Below are positions 58,330 through 64,000 of a DNA stretch of 64,000 bases, piece by piece. Both the position numbers and the translations under genes were made by a program. Each line of letters begins with the position of its first letter. The first letter of the stretch is position 1. Origin of the DNA: Candidatus Delongbacteria bacterium (GTDB taxonomy: Bacteria; CAIWAD01). The DNA lies in NCBI GenBank assembly GCA_020634015.1, contig JACKCN010000001.1, positions 659,258-723,257 of the forward strand, given 5' to 3'. A model generated the notes under the pieces. It was not told the DNA's origin. It saw only the letters and a program-made list of their open reading frames with translations, and ran no database searches.

Positions 58330-58499
58330 GGCGGAGTGTAGCCTTTGGGATACAACTTGTCAAGAACAATTGCACAAGTCATGGATTGGCAGCCCGTGGG
58401 AAACGCTTCTGGTCGAAGGCGCAGAAAAGTGAAGATTCCAGGATCCTGCACGGCAGTAGGCTGATCAAGTCCGGCTGGAAGCCACGATGGCATTCTCGG

Positions 58500-59303
58500 T
58501 CAGGAAGAGCGGGCGGCCAGCAGGTGGTCGACCAGTTCGGCGAAGCCGGCGCCGCCGCGCGCGGGTGTGATCCAGGCGGGCTCGTGCTCGAGCAGATCAC
58601 GGAAGTCCAGCAGGTTGGCCACGCCCACGGAGCCTTCGCGGAAAAAGGAGAACATCGGCTCGTCGTTGGGGCTGTCGCCGGCGAAGGCGCAGATCGACTG
58701 GGTGGGCGGGGAATCGGGGTCCATGTCGAAGTGCTGGCGCAGGTACTCGCGGGCGGCGCTCAGTTTGTCAAAGTGACCGTACCAGCCATTGACATGAATC
58801 GAACTGATCTTGGCGGTGGCGCCCGCCTCCTCGAAGAGCCGCTGGATCTTCAGAACATCCTCGCGGGGCAGGCGCGGCACATCCTCACAGAAATCGATGG
58901 CCAGATCGTATTCGCGATAGCTCTGGTCGCTGGCGATGGCACACCCCGGCACCTCGCGCAGGATGCGCTCGCGCACGGCCTGCAGTTTTTCGCGAAAGCC
59001 TGTCCGGGTGGCGCTGTCGTACACGAAGTCGCGCCGCAAGCGGCCGCCCTCCATGCGGAAGACCAACCCGCCGTTCTCGCCGATCACGCCGTGCACGGGC
59101 CACATCCGGGCGATGTGATCACACCAGCCCGCCGGCCGGCCCGTCACGGGCACCACGGCCAGTCCCGCCTCATGAGCCTGCCAGAGAGCCCGGTACGCGG
59201 GCGCGGGAATCCGTCCTTCGCTCGAGATGGTGTCGTCGATGTCGCTGAAGAGAATGCTGACCCGGGCCGCTTTCTCGCGTGTCCATTCGGCAAGCGGACG
59301 CAT
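58500..59303 (-). CDS. HAD-superfamily (Cof-like, IIB) phosphatase
   Basis: ILFSDIDDT motif I. The ATG shares one nucleotide with the stop of the upstream CDP-alcohol phosphatidyltransferase gene. Confidence 0.65.
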   Translation of the reverse strand: MRPLAEWTREKAARVSILFSDIDDTISSEGRIPAPAYRALWQAHEAGLAVVPVTGRPAGWCDHIARMWPVHGVIGENGGLVFRMEGGRLRRDFVYDSATRTGFREKLQAVRERILREVPGCAIASDQSYREYDLAIDFCEDVPRLPREDVLKIQRLFEEAGATAKISSIHVNGWYGHFDKLSAAREYLRQHFDMDPDSPPTQSICAFAGDSPNDEPMFSFFREGSVGVANLLDFRDLLEHEPAWITPARGGAGFAELVDHLLAARSS

Positions 59304-59890
59304 CAGGCGGTACGGCCCTGGGCGGCCCCGATGCCTGCCAGCAGCCGGCGGTTGCTGGCGACATAGTCCACGAAGGACCAGGCCGTCCAGAGTGCGGCCA
59401 CCAGCACCAGCCACCAGGCCGCGCGCTGGATCAGGGCGTCGTTGAACCATTGCGGGAAGGGGTGCACGAGGATGCGCGCCAGCAGGATCGCGATGATCAC
59501 GGTGGCCTGGATGATCGCCTTCAGCTTGCCGCTGCCACGGGCGGCCAGCACCAGCCCTTTGGAGGCGCAGACCGTGCGCAGGGTGCTGACGGCGCTGTCG
59601 CGGTAGACGAAGATCAGCACCATCCACCAGGGAATCAGGCCCACGCTCATGAAGGCGATGAAGACGGTGATGCGGCTGATCGAGTCGGCCAGCGGATCCA
59701 GCAGCTTGCCGAAGTCGGTGACTTCGCCACGGCTGCGCGCGATGTGGCCGTCGAATCCATCGGTCAACTCGGACATCACCACGATGGCCAGGGCCGCGAC
59801 CCGCGCCCAGAATCCTTCCTGCATGAACGCGAGAACGAAGATCGGGCTCAGGAAGATGCGCGCCGCGGTGAGCTGGTTGGCAAGGGTCAT
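59303..59890 (-). CDS. CDP-alcohol phosphatidyltransferase (PgsA-like)
   Basis: DGFDGHIARSRGEVTDFGKLLDPLADS signature (D-G-x2-A-R-x8-G-x3-D-x3-D). Multi-TM. Confidence 0.75.
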   Translation of the reverse strand: MTLANQLTAARIFLSPIFVLAFMQEGFWARVAALAIVVMSELTDGFDGHIARSRGEVTDFGKLLDPLADSISRITVFIAFMSVGLIPWWMVLIFVYRDSAVSTLRTVCASKGLVLAARGSGKLKAIIQATVIIAILLARILVHPFPQWFNDALIQRAAWWLVLVAALWTAWSFVDYVASNRRLLAGIGAAQGRTA

Positions 59891-60010
59891 GGGGGGTCCC
59901 CGCAGTTGTTCGGTGCCTGGCAGCGGTTTCGGAGCCTGTCGGAACGCTGGCGAATGTACCATTGCCAAGGCACCCAAACCCGCCAGGCAGTTCCTGGACG
60001 GTCCGGCCCG

Positions 60011-61909
60011 CTATTTGTGCTGGCTGTTCCCGTTGATGCCCCGGTTGCGCAGGCTCACCGGGCGGATCATGTTCTGAGGATCAAGGATGCTGGCGATCTC
60101 CTCCTCCGTGACCCAGCCATGCTCGCGCACCAGCTCCGAGACCGGCCTGCCGGTCTTGAGCGCTTCCTTGGCCACCTGGGTCGAGCGGCTGTAGCCGATG
60201 TGCGGCAGCAGGGCCGTGACCAGCCCGATGCTGCCCATCACCATCTCGCGGCAATGCTCCTCGTTGGCCGTGATGCCTTCGATGCAGAACTTGCGCAGGG
60301 TGGTGAAGGCCCGGGTGAGCATGTCGATGCTCTGGAAGATGTTGAAGACGATCACCGGCTCCATCACGTTCAGCTGCAGCTGGCCATTTTCCGCCGCCAT
60401 GGTCACGGTCAGATCGTTGCCCACCACCTGATAGGCGACCTGGTTGACCACCTCGGGAATCACCGGATTGACCTTGCCCGGCATGATGCTGGAACCGGCG
60501 GCGCGCGGCGGCAGATTGATTTCGCCCAGCCCGCAGCGCGGCCCGGAACTGAGCAGGCGCAGGTCGTTGCAGACCTTGGAGATCTTGATCGCGATCCGGC
60601 GCAGGGTGCTGGAAAATGCCTGCAGCGAGCCCGTGTCGCTGCTGGCCTCGATCATGTCGGGGCTCAGGCGGAAATCCATGCCCGTGACCTTGCGCAGCGC
60701 GCGCAGGGCTTCCTGGGGATAGGCCGGGTCGGCGCAGATGCCCGTGCCGATGGCCGTGCCGCCCAGATTGGTCTCCATGAACTGGCGCGCCGTCTCGCGC
60801 ACGCGTTCCATGTCCTCCTCGATGCCGTGCGCCCAGGAGAGGAATTCCTGCCCCAGGGTCATGGGCACCGCATCCTGCAACTGGGTGCGCCCCATCTTGA
60901 TCACCCACTCGAACTCACGCGCCTTGTGTTTCAGCGCCACCACCAGATCATCCATCGCGTCCAGCATCTGGGGATAACTGAGCAGAATCGCCAGACGGAA
61001 GGCCGTGGGGTACACGTCGTTCGTGCTCTGTGACATGTTGACGTGGTCGTTGGGATGCACACGCTCGTAGTGGCCCTTGGCCTCGCCCAGAATCTCGAGC
61101 GCCCGGTTGGCGATGACCTCGTTGGCGTTCATGTTGGTGCTGGTGCCCGCACCTCCCTGGATCATGTCCACCACGAACTGGTTGTGCAGGTGGCCGTTGA
61201 GGATGTCGTCGCAGGCCCGCGTGATCGCTCCCGCGACCTCGGGTTCAAGCATGTCCAGCTTGAGGTTGGCCAGGGCAGCGGCCTTCTTCACCATCGCCAG
61301 CGCCCGGATGAAGTGGGGAAAGTGGCTGATCCGGATGCCCGAGATGTCAAAGTTCTCGAGGGCCCGCATGCTCTGCACGCCGTAATACGCGTTCTCGGCA
61401 ATGCGCATCGGGCCGATCAGGTCGTGCTCCTCGCGCGTCTCACCGGTCTGGTAGACCGAGGCCACGCCTTCCTGCCCGCTCGAGGACAGGCCGGCCATCA
61501 GGCGCCGGAAGACCACCCGCCCCGCGCGCGAGATCATCTTGGCCGCGGCCAGCGGGTTCCGTTCCATGTAGGCCAGAAACTGTTCGCGCTCGAGGTACCA
61601 GAGCTCACTGTCCTCCACCACCCGGGCCGAGGTGGAATGGGAGCTCTCGTCCAGCAGACAGGCCTCGCCGAAGTAGTTGCCCTCGCGGTACACCAGCAGC
61701 AGCTTGTCCTGGTCGTGTTCGCCGCCCATCACCTGGATCTTGCCGCTCTGCACGAAGTACACCCGGTGGCGGTGGTCGCCTCCCTGATAGATCGAACTGC
61801 CCGCCGGCAGCGATGTGTGCTGGAACTGGGCGGCAATCTCCTTGAGTTCCGCCTCCTGCAGCACTTCGAAGATCTCATTTGTCTGCAGGCGCTGGATCAG
61901 GTAGTTCAC
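60011..61909 (-). CDS. Cyclic-nucleotide-binding (CAP effector-like) domain fused to aspartate ammonia-lyase
   Basis: The N-terminal about 150 aa carry the beta-roll and FGEACLL phosphate-binding-cassette-like motif. The C-terminal about 470 aa carry GTSTNMNANEV, SQSTNDVYPT, and [15 protein letters not shown] (the aspartase-type SS loop). Confidence 0.8.
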   Translation of the reverse strand: MNYLIQRLQTNEIFEVLQEAELKEIAAQFQHTSLPAGSSIYQGGDHRHRVYFVQSGKIQVMGGEHDQDKLLLVYREGNYFGEACLLDESSHSTSARVVEDSELWYLEREQFLAYMERNPLAAAKMISRAGRVVFRRLMAGLSSSGQEGVASVYQTGETREEHDLIGPMRIAENAYYGVQSMRALENFDISGIRISHFPHFIRALAMVKKAAALANLKLDMLEPEVAGAITRACDDILNGHLHNQFVVDMIQGGAGTSTNMNANEVIANRALEILGEAKGHYERVHPNDHVNMSQSTNDVYPTAFRLAILLSYPQMLDAMDDLVVALKHKAREFEWVIKMGRTQLQDAVPMTLGQEFLSWAHGIEEDMERVRETARQFMETNLGGTAIGTGICADPAYPQEALRALRKVTGMDFRLSPDMIEASSDTGSLQAFSSTLRRIAIKISKVCNDLRLLSSGPRCGLGEINLPPRAAGSSIMPGKVNPVIPEVVNQVAYQVVGNDLTVTMAAENGQLQLNVMEPVIVFNIFQSIDMLTRAFTTLRKFCIEGITANEEHCREMVMGSIGLVTALLPHIGYSRSTQVAKEALKTGRPVSELVREHGWVTEEEIASILDPQNMIRPVSLRNRGINGNSQHK

Positions 61910-61969
61910 TCTGGGCTCCTTGCGGAAACGGACCGTGAGCCGGTCCGGGGTGGATCATCTCGTCGGCGT

Positions 61970-63304
61970 CTACAGATAGCGCAGGGGCTGGCCCTGGGGC
62001 GAGCCCAGGAAGACTCCTTCGCGCCAGACCAGGTTGCCACGCAGCACGGTGGCCTTCACGCGGCCGCAGAGTTCGCGGCCTTCCCAGGGCGTCCAGCCCG
62101 CGCGGCTCTGCAGGTGTTCGGCGCGCACGGCCCAGCGCTCGTCGGGGTCCACGATCGCCAGATCACCATCGAACCCGCGCGCCAGCCGTCCCTTGCCCAG
62201 GACACCGTAGATCCGTGCCGGTCCCTCGCTGTAGAGGCGCACCAGATCATCCAGTCCCAGTCGGCCGTGACTCACCTGATCCAGCAGCACGGGCAGCACG
62301 GTCTCGACCCCGGGCATGCCGCTGGGGCAGTCGGGGTAATCGCGCGCCTTCTCCTCCAGAGTGTGCGGAGCGTGATCGCTGCCGATGACCGTGATCAGCC
62401 CCGAGCGCAGGGCCGCCCAGAGCGCCTTGCCGTGCTCGGCCTCGCGCACCGGAGGATTCATCTGGGCGTGACTGCCCAGCTCTTCGTAACACCCGGGTGC
62501 GGTCATCAGCAGATGCTGGGGAGTGGTTTCCACGGTCACCAGCGGATTGCCCCGCCAGCGCTCGAGCAGCTCCATTTCCTCGCGGCTGTTGGTGTGCAGC
62601 ACATGCACGGGCCGCCCACAGGCCAGAGCGGTTTCCACCAGCCGCTCGACCGCCAGTCGGGCACATTCCGGGTCACGCAGGCGCGTGTGCCAGCGCGGAT
62701 GATCGGCCTGCTTGCCATGCAGGGCCTTCAGTTCCAGCAGGCGCGCATTGTCCTCGGCGTGCACGGCCACCCGACGTGTGCCGTGAGCCAGCACGGTGCG
62801 CAGGTCCTCGGCATTGTCCACCAGCAGGCTGCCCGTGGACGACCCCATGAAGATCTTGACCCCCGCGCAGCCCGGCAGCCGTTCCAGCTGTCCCAGCTCG
62901 CGCGCATTGTCCGCCGTGGCGCCCATGAAAAAAGCGAAGTCGGCCCAGCTGCTGGCGCGCGCCCGTTCAATCTTGTCCGCCAGACTGGCCGCATCCACGG
63001 TGGCCGGCCGCGTGTTGGGCATTTCCATGTAGGAGGTGACCCCGCCAGCGATCGCCGCCCGGCTGCCGCTGCCCAGGTCTTCCTTGTGGGTCAGCCCCGG
63101 CTCGCGAAAGTGCACCTGGCTGTCCAGCATGCCCGGCAGCACCACCAGCCCGTCCAGATCGAGGCTCTCCTCGTCCGCCGCCGCCTTCAGCCCGCTGCCC
63201 AGTTCCACGATGCGCCCCGCGCGGATCCGCAGGTCCCTCAAGGGCAGATCGCCCTCCTGGAATACCCGCCCACCCCGCACCAGCAGGTTGCCCGCCTTGT
63301 CCAT
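61970..63304 (-). CDS. pyrC: Dihydroorotase-like cyclic amidohydrolase
   Basis: DSQVHFREPG (HxH metal site), KIFMGSSTG, VIGSDHAPH. The ORF is open upstream; I chose ATG 63304. Confidence 0.75.
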   Translation of the reverse strand: MDKAGNLLVRGGRVFQEGDLPLRDLRIRAGRIVELGSGLKAAADEESLDLDGLVVLPGMLDSQVHFREPGLTHKEDLGSGSRAAIAGGVTSYMEMPNTRPATVDAASLADKIERARASSWADFAFFMGATADNARELGQLERLPGCAGVKIFMGSSTGSLLVDNAEDLRTVLAHGTRRVAVHAEDNARLLELKALHGKQADHPRWHTRLRDPECARLAVERLVETALACGRPVHVLHTNSREEMELLERWRGNPLVTVETTPQHLLMTAPGCYEELGSHAQMNPPVREAEHGKALWAALRSGLITVIGSDHAPHTLEEKARDYPDCPSGMPGVETVLPVLLDQVSHGRLGLDDLVRLYSEGPARIYGVLGKGRLARGFDGDLAIVDPDERWAVRAEHLQSRAGWTPWEGRELCGRVKATVLRGNLVWREGVFLGSPQGQPLRYL

Positions 63305-63395
63305 GCTCGTCTCCCGGATTCGCCGCCCCGCGCTCCTCGGCAGGGCCGCCTGTGGCCGTGTGGGTCCCGCTTTGCTCCACGGGACCGTGGAAAGT

Positions 63396-63426
63396 AAAAA
63401 AGCCCCGGACAGGTTGCCCGGGGCGA
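63396..63426 (-). terminator. Rho-independent terminator downstream of the VOC gene
   Basis: On the minus strand, GCCCCGGGCAACCTGTCCGGGGC followed by TTTTTT. Confidence 0.5.
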
Positions 63427-63578
63427 TTGGGGGTCGAGGGGATGGAGTGAACTGACAGCAGCTGTTTCCGGGCCCCTTTCGAAGCTCCGCGAGTTTCTCC
63501 TGAATCGGCGGATGCACCGGTTCAGCTGCGGGCCGCGCAGCGGGGCGTCTGCTGCAACCGGCTGCGCGAGGCACTGGC

Positions 63579-63983
63579 TCAGGCGGTCTTGTTGGCCGGG
63601 TCCCAGAGTCGGGGCTCCCAGAGCTCGACCTTGTTGCCGTCGGGGTCCATGATCCAGGCGAAGGTGCCGTTCTCGTGTGACTCGGGTCCCTGGATGATCT
63701 CCACGCCGCCCGCGCGCAGCTGCTCCAGCATGTCGGCCATGTCGTCAACACGGTAGTTGATCATGAAGCTGGATTGGCTGGGGCTGAACCACTGGCTGTC
63801 CTTCTCGGCCACATGCCACACGGTCAGCCCGCCATCGTCGGCCTTGTCGTCCGGCCAGCGCAAAATGGCACCGCCCCAGTCTTCCAGAGCCAGGCCCAGA
63901 TGTGTTCTGTACCACGCAGCCAACGCGGCGTGGTCGCCCGTGCTCTTCAGGAACACGCCGCCGATTCCGGTGACCTTCGCCAT
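63579..63983 (-). CDS. VOC (glyoxalase/bleomycin-resistance fold) family protein
   Basis: Beta-alpha-beta-beta-beta modules. GGGAGGG RBS upstream. Confidence 0.7.
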   Translation of the reverse strand: MAKVTGIGGVFLKSTGDHAALAAWYRTHLGLALEDWGGAILRWPDDKADDGGLTVWHVAEKDSQWFSPSQSSFMINYRVDDMADMLEQLRAGGVEIIQGPESHENGTFAWIMDPDGNKVELWEPRLWDPANKTA

Positions 63984-64000
63984 CCTTGCCCTCCCTGCAT

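Noticed and set aside
58386-61033. + strand ORFs 58386..59366 and 59279..61033
   Set aside because: They are antisense to the HAD phosphatase, the pgsA-like gene and the cNMP-aspartase gene, all of which have clear family motifs.
61043-63397. 784-aa + ORF
   Set aside because: It is antisense to the dihydroorotase-like gene and the cNMP-aspartase gene.

Overview
This window looks like a chromosomal segment from a high-GC (roughly 65%) bacterium. Three proteins carry C-terminal T9SS sorting domains, which suggests an FCB-group or related lineage; this is inference only. I support about 57 protein-coding genes. I saw no rRNA, tRNA, CRISPR array, transposase or integrase, but the check was by eye and is not exhaustive.

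Main blocks, start to end:
- an SOS cassette lexA - small ORF - dinB, with Cheo-type LexA boxes in the lexA promoter
- a LemA-TPM-TPM operon
- a YHS/TRASH-like periplasmic gene interrupted by an in-frame TGA at a metal-binding motif position
- a Gly_transporter (UPF0126) gene preceded by a long inverted-repeat leader
- an amidase - GNAT - esterase run, then a DinB_2 family gene
- a fumC - nitroreductase-like - methyltransferase operon
- a ppk1-ppx operon, divergent from a trimeric [FeFe]-hydrogenase-like hydCBA operon; the HydA L1 motif reads TSCSPGW and an FNR-like box lies upstream
- a giant T9SS cargo protein
- two tandem paralogous giant membrane proteins
- divergently from those, a 1482-aa secreted protein made of about 130 degenerate tandem Cys-containing decapeptide repeats (C-x-T-N-P-x-aromatic-D/N-P-x) with a C-terminal FN3-like domain; a perfect 33-bp x ~21 tandem repeat array follows its terminator. 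This is the most unusual feature.
- a DUF1015 - serA - serC-like - hldD block
- two more T9SS cargo genes (an M1 aminopeptidase and a hypothetical)
- a HigB/HigA-like TA pair with a frameshifted toxin
- a pgsA-like - HAD phosphatase pair, a cNMP-binding domain fused to aspartate ammonia-lyase, dihydroorotase, and a VOC protein.

The long antisense ORFs over the repeat gene and over other real genes are artifacts.
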